The notes beneath the pieces were generated by a model. It was not told the DNA's origin. It worked only from the letters and a program-made list of their open reading frames with translations, and did not search any database. Both the position numbers and the translations under genes were made by a program. A stretch of DNA of 63,812 nt from Malacoraja senta (Eukaryota), in contig CM075995.1 in assembly GCA_038087875.1 (NCBI GenBank), forward strand, positions 746,001 to 809,812. The letters are read 5' to 3'. The first letter of the stretch is position 1. Each line of letters begins with the position of its first letter. Positions 49,636 through 61,827 of the stretch are shown in pieces.

Positions 49636-51467
49636 ATGATTGCACTAACGTATAGTATGATTATACTAATTTTATTTTTAGTTTAGAGATACAAAGCGGA
49701 AACAGGCCCTTCGGCCCATCAAGTCCGCCCCAACCAGCGATCCCCGCACACTAACACTATTCTACACAGACTAGCGACAATTAGCAATTCTACCAAGCCA
49801 ATTAACCTACAAACTTGTACGTCTTTGGAATGTGGGAGGAAATTGGAGCACCCGGAGAAAACCCACGCAGGTCGTGGGGAAAACGTGCAAACTCCGAACA
49901 GACAGCACCCGTGGTCAGGAATGAACACGGGACTCTGGAGCTGTATGGCAGCAGCTCTACCGCTGGGCCGGCCTACCCAATTGAATGCAAAACAAAGAAC
50001 TTCACTACATCTAAATGACTGTGCCAATAAAGTATCGTTGAACTATGGATTATTGATCTTGGTGTTATAATTGAAGAAGGGTTTTGATCGGAAATGTTGT
50101 CTATTTCCTTCGCTCCATAGATGCTGCCTCACCCGCTGAGATTCTCCAGCATTTTTGTTTACCTGTTATAATTCACTCAGCTGTTTTGTAAACGCCATTT
50201 AGCAATATTAAAAGCTGGTTAATCACAACAATAGTGATGAACAATGAAATGCCCTCCTTTGTTTAGCACATGAAATGAGTTGTTAGGTTTAGATGGCATC
50301 AATATTCAATAGTTTAGTTTAGTTTAGAGATACAGTGCGGAAACACGCCCTTCGGCCCACCGGGTCCGCGCCGACCAGCACATTTACACTATCCTACACG
50401 CACCAGGGACAATTTGCACTTACACCATGTATACAAACCCAAGCCAATTAGCCTACAAACCTGGACGTCTTTGGAGTGTGGGAGGGAACCGAAGATCTCG
50501 GAGAAAACACACGCAGGTCGCGGGGAGAACGTGCAGACTCCGTACTGACAGCGCCCGTAGTCGGGATCGAACCGGCGCTGTGAGAGCTGTAAGGCACCAA
50601 CTCTACCGCTACGCCGCCCTAAATAGTTTGGTTCTCTAAAGAATTCAGAACATTTCCTCAAGGGAGGTTAATGAGGAGGAAAAGAATTTAATTCCTCAAC
50701 ATGACTGTTGCAAGATCTGCCAGTGAACAGCCATTATTGTCCAAGGAGGCCATCGCAATGGATTGGAATTGGTCTGTTCTGTTCTTTCAGCATGGATGCC
50801 CTTCAGAACACCAGGTTATGCATTGGTCAAAGAGCTTACCAATGTTATTTTGCTACTTAGTTTAGTTTAGTTTCGAGATACAGCGCGGAAACAGGCCCTT
50901 CGACCCATCGGGTCCGGGCCGACCAGCGATCCCCGTACACACTGGCTCCGTCCCACACACCAGGGACAATAGTACAACTATTTTACTGGCCAATTAACTT
51001 ACAAACCTGTCCGTCTTTGGAGTGTGGGAGGCCCCGGGAAAAACGCACGTGGTCACGGGGAGAACGTACAAACTCCGTACATGACAGCAGCTGTAGTCAA
51101 GATCGAACCAGGATCTCTGGCGTTGTGAGGCAGCAACTCTACTGCTCTGCCACCGTGCCGCCCCCACCATTAATTCCGTCCACACATCCCACCGCCTCAG
51201 AAAAGCAGCCAAATGAATCAAAGACTTGTCCCTTCCCGGCTCCCGTCCGGGAGCACAGAAGCTTGAAAGCGCGCAACACCAGACTCAGGAACAGCTTCTT
51301 CCCCTCTGCTATCAGGCTTCTGAACGGTCCTTCCATGAGCTAGGGTACTGTCTCGATTCACCTCGACCCCAATATGGGCTAGAGTGCACCACAATGCTGA
51401 CATTGGGGAGTAGGGGAATCGAGGACCAGAGGACATTGGTTCAAGGTGAAGGGGAAAAGATTTAATA

Positions 51468-52308
51468 GAGATTATAGATTCCTTTATTTGTCATTCAGAC
51501 CTTTCGGTCTGAACGAAATTTCGTTGCCTGCAGTCATACATATAATAATAAATAACAAAACACACAATAAACACAAATTAACATCCACCACAGTAAGTTC
51601 ACCAGGCACCTCCTCACTGTGATGGAGGCAAAAGTCTTAAAGTCTCTGTCTCTTCCCTCTTTGTTCTCCCTCTGCGCTGAGGCGATCCAGGCTTCTGACG
51701 CTGTGACCCCGCCAGGTGATGGTAAGTCAGTCCCGCGGCTGAATCCGCGCTCCGTCCGCGACGGGCCGGTTCAAACTCCGCGGCCCGGGGTGGTCGAAGC
51801 TGCCGAAGCTGCCGCCCTCCAGTCCAGCGGACGCAGCTGTAGTTGCGGGAGCCCCAGAAAAACAGGTCACCCATCTGTGACCTGCGCGCTCCCGACGATG
51901 TTGTCCACCGGGCCCGCGGCCGAGCCTCCGGATTCAGGTCGCCACCAGTGTCCTCGGTCGCCACCGCCGGAACGCCACCGCAGCCCCGAAGTTGGCCAGC
52001 CCCGCGCTGGTAAGTCCTGGCTCTGCCTCCGGAGCCTCGAGGTCGGTCGGTCGCAGTTGGAGTTGGAGGCCGGCAGCTCCGCCATTTTGGCCTCGGCGCA
52101 GACGGAGGCAGAGAAGGGGGATACGACAAGAAAAAGTCGCATTCCCCCGAAGGAAGAGACAAAAATCATGTTTCACCCCCCCACCCCACACATACACAAC
52201 CCAATAAACTAAAATTTAACTAAAACATGACAAAAGAAAACAACAACAAAAGTAAAAACAGACGGACTGCAGGCGAGCCGCTGCTGTACGACAGCGCCGC
52301 CACTTCCG
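51468..52308 (-). mobile_element. GC-rich non-coding non-autonomous retroelement, family A (apparently full length)
   Basis: Interrupts a CR1 (GATTTAATAG|GAATCCGAGGGG); starts with CCGGAAGTGGCGGCG, contains CAAAATGGCGG, ends with GNRA hairpin and AATAAA. Confidence 0.75.
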
Positions 52309-52860
52309 GAATCCGAGGGGTAACTTTTTCACGCAGAGGGTGGTGGGTGTATGGTACAAGCTGCCAGAGGAGGTAGTTGAGGCTGGGACTATCCCATCGT
52401 TTAACAAACAGTTGGACAGGTACATGGATAGGACAGGTTTGAAGGGTTATGGACCAAGCGCAGGCAAGTGGGACTAGGGTAGCTGGGACATTGTTGGCCG
52501 GTGTGGACGAGTTGGGCCGAAGGGCCTGTTTCCGCACTGTATTACTCTAGGACTACATGACTAACTATATTCAATTCAGTTCAGTTTAGTTTTGTTTATT
52601 GTCACGTGTACCGAGGTACAGTGAAAAGCTTTTGTTGCGTGCTAAATAGTCAGCGGAAAGACAATGCATGATTACAATCGAGCCATTTACAGTGTGTAGA
52701 TACATGATAAGGGAATAAAGTTCAGTGCACTCTGTGCTCTATCTATTGTATAGATTGTATAGATTGTGTAAATGTCTGGCGTAACTGATCTGTTTGGATG
52801 CCATGCAAAGCAAATTCTTACACCTTGGGACACGTGACAATAATCATAATCATACTTTAT

Positions 52861-53256
52861 TAGAAACATAGAAACATAGAAAATAGGTGCAGGAGGAGGC
52901 CATTCGGCCCTTCGAGCCAGCACCGCCATTCATTGTGATCATGGCTGATCGTCCCAAATCAATAACCCGTGCCTGCCTTCTCCCCATATCCCTTGATTCC
53001 ACTAGCCCCTAGAGCTCTATCTAACTCTCTCTTAAATCCATCCAGTGATTTGGCCTCCACTGCCCTCTGTGGCAGGGAATTCCACAAATTCACAACTCTC
53101 TGGGTGAAAACGTTTTTTTCTCACCACAGTCTTAAATGGCCTCCCCTTTATTCTAAGACTGTGGCCCCTGGTTCTGGACTCGCCCAACATTGGGAACATT
53201 TTTCCTGCATCTAGCTTGTCCAGTCCTTTTATAATTTTATATGTTTCTATAAGATC
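52861..53256 (-). mobile_element. CR1 LINE 3' fragment
   Basis: Close homolog of 270-690; (CTATGTTT)n tail. Confidence 0.9.
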
Positions 53257-53274
53257 CGAGTATGTTAACCTATT

Positions 53275-53968
53275 AGCAACATACGAGGAATTTGATTTGC
53301 CATACAGTCAGATGATTAAAAAGCAACAAAACACGCAAAATACATTTTCACATGAACACCCTCCACATTCCTCGCTGTGATGGAAGGCGAAAAAAAGTTC
53401 AACCTCTTCCCTTCATTGTTCTCCTTTGTTGGGGGCCTCAAGCCTTCCGTTGACGGGTCGATCTTGGCTCCCGTAGCCGACGGCGTTCGAGCCCTCCGCG
53501 TTCAGGGCAATCACGCTCCCGCATCGGGGGGACGTCAGCTCCCTGCGCCAGGCGATCGACCCCAGATCGGGGCTAGTCGAAACCTTCCGGGATTGGAGCT
53601 TCCCGAGACTGCGAGTTCCTCGATGGTGAAATCCGCAGGGTTTCCGTTGGAGCGTCGATCCCAGGCAAGGGATCAGCTCCGATGGTAAGTCCACGGCCCC
53701 GCGGTGGGGCTCAAAGTCAGTCCCGAGCAAGGCCTCCAGCTCAACGACGTTAGGCCGCAGAGCGACCAGAGATACGATCCGGAAAACAATTGCATCTCCG
53801 CAGGGTAAGAGACTGAAAAAAAGTTTCCCCCGACCCCCACCCCCATCCCTCACATAAAACAAACCAGAGAGCATTAACACAAACTTTTAAAACACACTAA
53901 AAATAACAAACAAAAGACGAAAAGGCAGACAGACAGTTGGCGAGGCTGCCATCGTGCGGCACCCCGCC
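53275..53968 (-). mobile_element. GC-rich non-autonomous retroelement, family B (second copy)
   Basis: Reverse-complement homolog of 42478-43205. Confidence 0.7.
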
Positions 53969-54006
53969 AACAATAAACCTATACCTAATTTCAAAGATGG
54001 AATTAA

Positions 54007-56044
54007 AGGGGCTGTCCCACTTGGGCAACCTAATCTGCGAGTTTAGAAGAGTGTCTTCGACCTTCAAACTTGCAGCGTGGTCCTAGGAGGTCCTATGAGG
54101 TTGTTGGATCTCTCCTTCATGCTCGAGGGAAGTTCCCGAAAACTCGTGTCCTCGCGAAAAAATTTTCAGCATGTTGAAAAAATTTCTGGGAGTAAAATTT
54201 GGTCGGCATGGTTCTTTTTGACTCGTAGTGCAGTGGAGTGGGGTTGCTATTTAGTTACAGGCAGTCGAGGGCAGCCGTAGGCAATCTCCTTCGCTGACCG
54301 GGAATTTTGATTGGCTCATTGGAGTTTTCAGGACCAGGGAAAACCGACCGTTAATGCTAAATGCCTGCTAAACTTTATTATCTATATTACTAAAAGTCTG
54401 TTCTTGACCACTTCCTGTTGTTCTGTATATTGATTTCAGAAAAAACGCTGCCACGTACGGCTGTGATTTTTGGCCATCTTACTCAGAGTCCCCATCCGCT
54501 GTGTAGGACAAGAGGATTTTTCCCATCGATGAAAAATAAAAGAGTTTTTAGTGTTTAAAAAATGTTGAGATTCTCTCTCCTGAAGGCCACGCCCCTTCCG
54601 GAGGGACTATAAAACCCGGAAGTGTTCAGTGCCTCAGTCAGTCTCTGCAAGATGGGGGAAGCGAGAAGGTCACGTCTCTCAGTCTGAGCTGTGAATAACA
54701 CTGAACACATGTCTACTAAACTGTGAGTGCTTTTACTGACCTGTCAGTGCCCTTAATGTGGTTTAAAAATATTGTTTGAAAATGCTAAAGCTGTGTTGCC
54801 TTCGTTTTGGAAATGCTAAAACTGTGTTGCCTTTGGTTTGGAAATGCTAAAGTTGCCTTGCCTAATTAAAGTTGCCTTGCCTAATTAAAGTTGCCTTGCC
54901 TAATTAAAGTTGCCTTGCCTAATTAAAGTTGCCTTGCCTTCTATATAATTAAAAGTCTAATCTTGACCACTTCCTGTTTGCGCTTTATATTGATTTTAGA
55001 AAAAACGCTACCACGTACGGCTGAGATTTTTGGCCATCTTACTCAGAGTCCCCCTCCGCTCATCAGGTGCCGAGGATTTTTCCCATCGATGAAAAATAAA
55101 AGAGTTATTAGTGTTTAAAAAATGTTGAGATTCTCTCTCCTGTCAATCATGCCATGAAGGCCACGCCCATTCTGGTGGGAGGGGGGAGGGACTATAAAAC
55201 CCAGAAGTGTGGGCGTGGCTCAGTCTCTGCAAGATGGAGGAGGGAGAGGTCATGACTTGCTGTCTTTAGTGGCCTTGCACCCTGCTTGAAATGGTATCAA
55301 ACTGCACTTGAATTTGTTGGCCTTGCACCCTGCTTGAAGTGGTAAGAAACTGCACTTGAATTTGGTGGCCTTGCACCCTGCTTGAAATGGAATTTCAAGA
55401 AATAGCCGTGTCAACTGCCAGCCCACCTGCCGTGAGTGAGTGAGCTGCCAGCACAACAGGCTTGAGTGACTGAGCCGCCAGCCCAAGAATCCATTCGGCC
55501 CACAATGTCCATACTAGCCCTCTGGAAACCAGTCCCTTCAGCCCACAACACCCATACTAGCGATCCAGAAAGCACCCCACACCCACTGGCCACCAATATT
55601 GGAATTGGTGGAGGTGTAATATTGCGTTGGGGGACCAGCCCTCCCATGTGATGCTGGGACCCAATGGGTCCCACTTAGTCTAGTACTTCTTAAAACCTTC
55701 TCCCCCCCTTCTTCCCCCCCCCTTCTCCCCCCCCCCTTCTCCCCCCCTTCTCCCCCCCCTTCTCTCCCCCCCTTCTCCCCCCCCTCCCTCCGAGCTCTCT
55801 AAAGGACTTACCGTAAAGTGTGGCAGCCGTTTACCTTCCTCTTCATCGCACAGACAGCGCTCCCCCGCTTTCCCTGGCCCTCGCCTTTGCGATGTGTTTG
55901 GGTGGGTGTGTGCGATCCAGCTCGCGGTTTCAACGCAGACGGGTCGATCGAGCTTGAGGTTTTCCAGACGAGTGCCCTCGAGCTTGAAGGTCGAAGACAC
56001 TCTTCTTAACTCGCGGATTAGGTCGCGCAAGTGGGACAGCCCCT
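54007..56044. mobile_element. PIF/Harbinger-like MITE containing a nested Helitron
   Basis: TIR AGGGGCTGTCCCACTTG..CAAGTGGGACAGCCCCT, TAA/TGA flanks. Confidence 0.78.
54381..55683 (+). mobile_element. Non-autonomous Helitron
   Basis: 5' TC (TCTATATTACTAAAAG), 3' hairpin GGGACCCA-A-TGGGTCCC then CTAG, inserted between A and T without TSD; duplicated internal 5' end at ~54940. Confidence 0.85.
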
Positions 56045-56856
56045 TGAAGTCGCAGGGTTTACCGGTAGTGAATGAGATTTTCAATTGGTGACAATAATCT
56101 TCAAATGGGATCAACGCTCCCAATCTGATTTGAGGTTGTGATAGATAGGTTTGTTGATAAGTACTGCTGCTTTACAAATGAATTACCCACAAGAAGAGAA
56201 TGTATTTCACCCCAGATTATCTCTGTAAACGAACTTTCACCCCCCCACCCCCTCCCCCAGAAAAAAACATTCTAAATTTAGAAATGATTCACGAACCTTA
56301 CTATACGATTGAACAGGAGGGAGATTGGTCGGCCAACAGTCATAAAACACAAGATACATGAAACATGGAGTTAGTGACGAGTGGGAAGTCCGGGATTGGG
56401 GATGTGCAAAGATTGGGGAGGGGGTGTGGGGGAAGGGAGGAGGTGGAAGGGGAGTCACAGTCTACCCCACGACAGAAGGGGGAGGAGTTGTACAACTTGA
56501 TAGCAACAGGGAAAAAGGGTCTAAACACAAAACTGAAATATTTTATTTCAAAGGGAAAACAATGAAAATACCAAAAAGGACAAAGAATTGCTGACACATA
56601 CGATGTACACAGTGGAGTCCTACAGCACAAAAATGGGCCCTTCAGACAACTTGCCTATGTTGACCACAATGCCCCATCTACACTTGCCACACCTGCCTGC
56701 ATTTGGCCCATGTCCCTCTAAACTACTCCCATCCATGCATCCGTCCAAATGTCTTTTAAATGTTATGGTACCTGCCTCAGCTGCCTCCTCTGGCAGCTCA
56801 TTCCATATACCCACCACCCTTAAATGTGTCAAAAAGTTGCCCCTCACGTCTATCTA

Positions 56857-58813
56857 TCTATATACTTTTAAAACTCTGTGTGTGTGGGTGTATGTCATCT
56901 ATCTATATTACTAAAAGTAAGATCTTGACCGCTTTTGACTCACTGCAATGCGATTTCCGAGAGAACGCCACTACTTATGGCCGTCATTTTTGGCCAACTC
57001 ACTCAGAGCCCCCCTCCTGCACTGGAGGATTTCTCCCATCGATGAAAAATCAGGGAGATATTAATGTTTTAAAATTGTTTGCCATTCTCTCTGCTGCCCC
57101 TGCTGGTGGGAGGGGGGAGGGACTATAAAACCCGGAAGTGGTGTGCCTCACTCAGTCTCTGCAAGATGGAGTTAGCGAGAGGGTCTCTCTGAGCTCTGAA
57201 TAACACTGAACACATGTCTACTCAACTGTGAGTGCCCTTAATGTGGTTTGAAATTAAATATATGGTTGGGTTGAAGCACTGCAAATGGTTGATTGGGCTG
57301 TTTTGGGTTGAAGTAAAAAGACACTGCAAATGGCTGTTTGGGGGTGTTTTGGATTGAAGTAAAAAGGCACTGCAAATGGCTGTTTGGGGGTGTTTTGGGT
57401 TGAAGTAAAAAGGCACTGCAAATGGTTGTTTGGGGGTGTTTTAGGTTGAAGTAAAAAGGCACTGCAAATGGTTGTTTGGGGTGTTTTGGGTTGAAGTAAA
57501 AAGGCACTGCAAATGGTTGTTTGGGGGTGTTTTGGGTCGAAGTAAAAAGGCACTGCAAATGGTTGTTTGGGGTGTTTTGGGTCGAAGTAAAAAGGCACTG
57601 CAAATGGTTGTTTGGGGGTGTTTTGGGTTGAAGTAAAAAGGCACTGCAAATGGTTGTTTGGGGTGTTTTGGGTGGAAGCAAAAAGGCACTGCAAATGGTT
57701 GTTTGGGGGATTTTTGGGTTGAAGTGAAAAGGCACTGAAAAGGGTTGTTTGGGGGGGTTTGGGTTGAAGTGATAAGGCACCGCAAAGGGTTGTTTAGTTT
57801 TTTTGGGGTTGAAGTGAAAAGGCACTGCAGATGGTTGCTTGGGGGTTTGGGTTGAAGTGAAAAGGCACCTCAGATGGTTGCTTGGGGGTTTTGGGTTGAA
57901 GTAAAAGGCACTGCAAATAGTTATTTGTCTAAACTTGACAACTTCCTGTTTGCACTGTATTGATTTTAGATAAAACGCTACCACTTACGGCTGTGATTTT
58001 TGACCATCTTACTCAGTCTCCCTCCGCTCATCAGGTGCGGAGGATTCTTCCCATCAATGAAAAATAAAAATGTTATTAATGTTTTAAAAATGTTGAGAAT
58101 CTCTCTCCTGTCAATCACGCCATGAAGGCCACTCCTTTTCGGGTGGGGGAGGGATTATAAAACCCGGAAGTGTGGGTGTGGCTCAGTCTCTGCATGATGG
58201 GGAGTGAGAGGTCATGACTCTGTCTGAGCTGTGAATCAACTGAACACAATGAATGTCTACTAAACTGTGTGTGGTGTTTTGTGTGGTTTTATGGTGGTTT
58301 CACCCTGCTTGAAATGGTATGAAACTGCATTTGATTTCTGGGTGTCGTTGCACCCTGCATGAAATGGTATGAAACTGCACTTGAATTTTGTGGCCTTGCA
58401 CCCTGCTCGAAGTGGTAAGAAACAGCACTTGAATTTGGTGGCCTTGCATCCTGCTTGAAATGGTAGGAAAATGGATTTGAATTTGGTGGCCTTGCACTCT
58501 GCTTGAAATGGAATTTCAAGGAATAACCGTGAGTCAACTGCCAGCCCACCCGCTGTGAGTGAGCTGCCAGCACATCAGGCTTGAGGGACTGAGCTGCCAC
58601 TCAAAAAATCCATTTGGCCCACAATGTCCATACTAGCCCTCTAGTGACCAGTAGTCTCTGCAGCCAACAACACCCATACCAGCGCTCCAGAAAGCCCCCC
58701 CCCCTCCCCCCCACTGGCCACCAAAATTGGAATTGGTGGAGAGATGGAATATTGCGACGAGGGACCAGCCCTCCTGTGTGAACATGGGACCCAATGGGTC
58801 CCACTTAGTCTAG
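56857..58813 (+). mobile_element. Composite non-autonomous Helitron with internal minisatellite
   Basis: Two 5' TCTATAT starts (56857 and ~56902); same 3' hairpin plus CTAG. Confidence 0.83.
57265..57920. repeat. 45-46-bp minisatellite, ~14 copies
   Basis: Unit TTTTGGGTTGAAGTAAAAAGGCACTGCAAATGGTTGTTTGGGG(G)TG. Confidence 0.93.
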
Positions 58814-58816
58814 TCT

Positions 58817-59483
58817 TCTATATACTTTTAAAACTCTGTGTGTGTGTGTGGGTGTATGTCATTTGCATTTGAAACGTATCTCCTCGAAAACCATACACAA
58901 AAACTTGGAGATTTTTACAATTTCGGTAGGGATTTAACTTATGGTGGAGGGGGGGGTGGAGGGGGGGGGTGGAGAGGGGGGTGTAGAGAGGGGGAGAGGG
59001 GGGGGGAGTAATGGGGAGAGGGAGGAGGAGAATGGGGGGCTGAGAGAGGAGGCCCTCCCTCTCTGCCCCCCTCCCTCTCTGCCCCCCCCTCTCTCTCTAG
59101 GGAGTGGTGAATATTGGGACCTATGGGTGAGTGGTGGAATATTGCGTTCGGTACCCAGCCCTCCCCTGTGACGCCGCCCCTCCTCCATCCCTCAATTTCT
59201 ACCCCTCTCCTTCTCCCTGTCTACCCCCTCCCCCTCCACCCCTCCCCTCCACCCCTCCCCCTCCACCCCTCCCCCCACCTCTCTAGCCGCGCCGGCGCAG
59301 TTGGGGGCTATGCGTGAGTGGATAGGGCTGGGGATGGGGTAAAAGGAGCGAATGAATAATATTAATATAATATCAAAGGGGGGGGGGTTAGTGTGTGTGT
59401 GACGCCGAAGGCTGCCTCCCTCCCCTCCCCCACCGCAACCGCACATTGAGGGGACGGGACCCAATGGGTCCCCCTTCGTCTAG
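58817..59483 (+). mobile_element. Non-autonomous Helitron, head-to-tail with the previous one
   Basis: 5' TCTATATACTTTTAAAAC, 3' GGGACCCAATGGGTCCC..CTAG-T; the flanking CR1 resumes after it. Confidence 0.83.
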
Positions 59484-60126
59484 TTATTTTTAAATCTTTC
59501 TCCTCTTAACTTGGACCCATGTCCTCTGGTTCACGATTCCCCTACTCTGGGTAAAACATTCTGTGCATTCACCCTACACATTTCCCCACTGATTTTGTAC
59601 ACCTCTATAAGATCACCCCTCGGCTTCCTGCACTCCAAGGAATAGAGTCCCAGCCTGCTCAACCTCTCCCTATAGCTCAGGCAACCTCTCCCTATAGCTC
59701 TGGCAACATCCTCGTAAGTTTATTGTCATGTGTACCGAGGTACAGTGAAAAGCTTTATTTGGTGAGTTATATCCAGTCAACAGTCTTGCTATTGAGGGAG
59801 TGCAGGAATGGGGTACTGATTGGGGATGATCAGCCATGATCACATTGAATGGCGGTGCTGGCTACTCCTGCACCTATTGTCTATTGTCTACATACTATAC
59901 ATGATTACAATCAAACCATCCACATTGTACGGATAGAGGGTAACGTTTAGTGCAAGATAAAGTCCAATTAAACATAGTTGGAGGGTCTCCAATGAGGTAG
60001 ATAGTAGCTCAGGACTGCTCTCCGTTTCTTCCCAGGCTGTTATCAGGCAACTGAACCATCGTACCAACAACTAGAGAGAGGTCCTGAACTATTATCTACC
60101 TCAGTGGAGGCCTTCAGACTACCTTT

Positions 60127-60180
60127 GGGGTGGGAGATTGCAACCTTCACGTGGTCCGCCCTGTTTCGACAAATGCAATC
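60127..60180 (+). ncRNA. Minimal HDV/CPEB3-like self-cleaving ribozyme (predicted)
   Basis: P1 GGGGTGG/CCGCCCT (G1-U wobble), P2 GATTGCA/TGCAATC, P3 ACC/GGT, L3 TTCACGT, GT after P1', vestigial P4, J4/2 C-AAA. Confidence 0.8.
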
Positions 60181-60265
60181 AACCCGGCGCGCACAATCAA
60201 GTAAGATCAAATAGAACACGTTGTCCGACAACTTTAGGCTGTGCACGCCATACGCAAGACGAAGA
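60127..60265 (+). mobile_element. ~139-nt ribozyme-headed non-autonomous retroelement, copy 1
   Basis: Perfect 11-bp TSD AGACTACCTTT (60116-60126, 60266-60276); GAA-type tail; second copy at 61774. Confidence 0.85.
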
Positions 60266-61773
60266 AGACTACCTTTAATCGGACTTTACCTTACAATAAA
60301 TGTTAATCCCGTTATCCTGTATCTGTACACTGTGGATGGTTCAATTGTAACCTTGAATAGTATTTCTGCTGACAGGATAGCACGCAGCAAAAGCTTTTCA
60401 CTGTACCTCGGTACAAGTGACAATAAACTAAACTGCTACTAAATTTAGTGCTTGATAAAGTCCAACAAAGTCTGATTAAAGTGACAAATCTAATAGAAAT
60501 TAAGAACATAGTTAGAGTAAGAAATGTAGCTGGGCCGAATGTACTTTGTTGGATAGAAATGCTGTTATAAAAATACACACCAAATGCTGCAGCGAGTAAG
60601 AATCGCATTGTTCTATCTGGGAAATATGACAATAAAACACTCTTGACTCTTGCGTAACTCAGCGGGACAGGCAGCATCTCTGGACAGAAGGAATGGTGAT
60701 GTTTTTTGGGTCGAGACCCTTCTTCAGTCCGAAGCTGCCTGTCCCACTGAGTTACTCCAGCATTTAGTGTCTACCTTCGTTGTAAATCAGCATCTGCACT
60801 TCCTTGCTGCACCGTATACAGGTTGTTTGTTTCTATATAAGTTGAAAGCTGCTGCTATTCGTGTGCTCAGAGAATTTATTAACTTCAATATGTTGAATCA
60901 GACAATAGACAATAGGTGCAGGAGTAGGCCATTTGGCCCTTCGAGCCAGCACCGCCATTCAATGTGATCATGGCTGATCTTCCCAATCAGTACCCCGTTC
61001 CCACCTTCTTCCCCATATCCCCTGACTCCGCTATCAGGGTTTTAAATTGTTTCAGTTGCTTCAATTGTTTCCTTGCTTCAGTTCCCGAACTTACCAAAAG
61101 GTCTGGACTGAGTAATAAGGTAAAATAGGGGAAACAAAACACCAAGTGGTGTGGAGACTCAGCGGGTCAGGTAGCATCTGGGGAGGGAGTGGACAATTCG
61201 CATCAGGAATTCGCTTTGGGTTCTTTAGTCAGAGGGTGGTGAATCTGTGGAATCCTTTGCCACAGACAGTTGTGGAGGCCAAGTCAGTGGATATTTTTAA
61301 GGCAGAGATAGATTCTTGATTAATACGGGTGTCAGAGGTTATGGGGAGAAGGCAGGAGAATGGGTTTAGGAGGGAGGGCCATGATTGAATGGCGGAGTAG
61401 ACGTGATGGGCCGAATGGCCTAATTCTGCTCCTATTCCTTATGACTTGGGACTCCTCTTCATACTGATTGGAATAAGGGGGAGGGGGGCGGAGGAATTGT
61501 AAAAGAGAGGGGGCGGGGACAGGACAAAACTTGGCAGGTGATAGGTGGATACAGGTGAGGGGAGGGTTAATTGGCAGATGGGTGAGTATGTGATGAAGGC
61601 TAGAGATTAAATTTGGGTTAGGAGGGTGTCAGATGAGGAGGAGTGGAATGTAGAGCTGGAGGAAGGGATGAGGGTGGAAGGGGAGCAAAAGAGAATTGGC
61701 AGACTCGGGTGGAAGATGAGTGTACAAACGTGGGGAGCTGATGCAGGCATCCATTATAATCTATATAATGGAC

Positions 61774-61827
61774 GGGGTGAGAGATTGCAACCTTCACGTG
61801 GTCCACCCTGTTTTGACAAATGCAATC
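61774..61827 (+). ncRNA. Minimal HDV/CPEB3-like ribozyme (predicted), copy 2
   Basis: P1 GGGGTGA/CCACCCT with one A-C mismatch; P2, P3, L3 and C-AAA identical to copy 1. Confidence 0.72.

Noticed and set aside
57238..57984. Repetitive 248-aa ORF or CRISPR-like array
   Set aside because: Contiguous minisatellite without unique spacers, inside a Helitron in a eukaryotic genome
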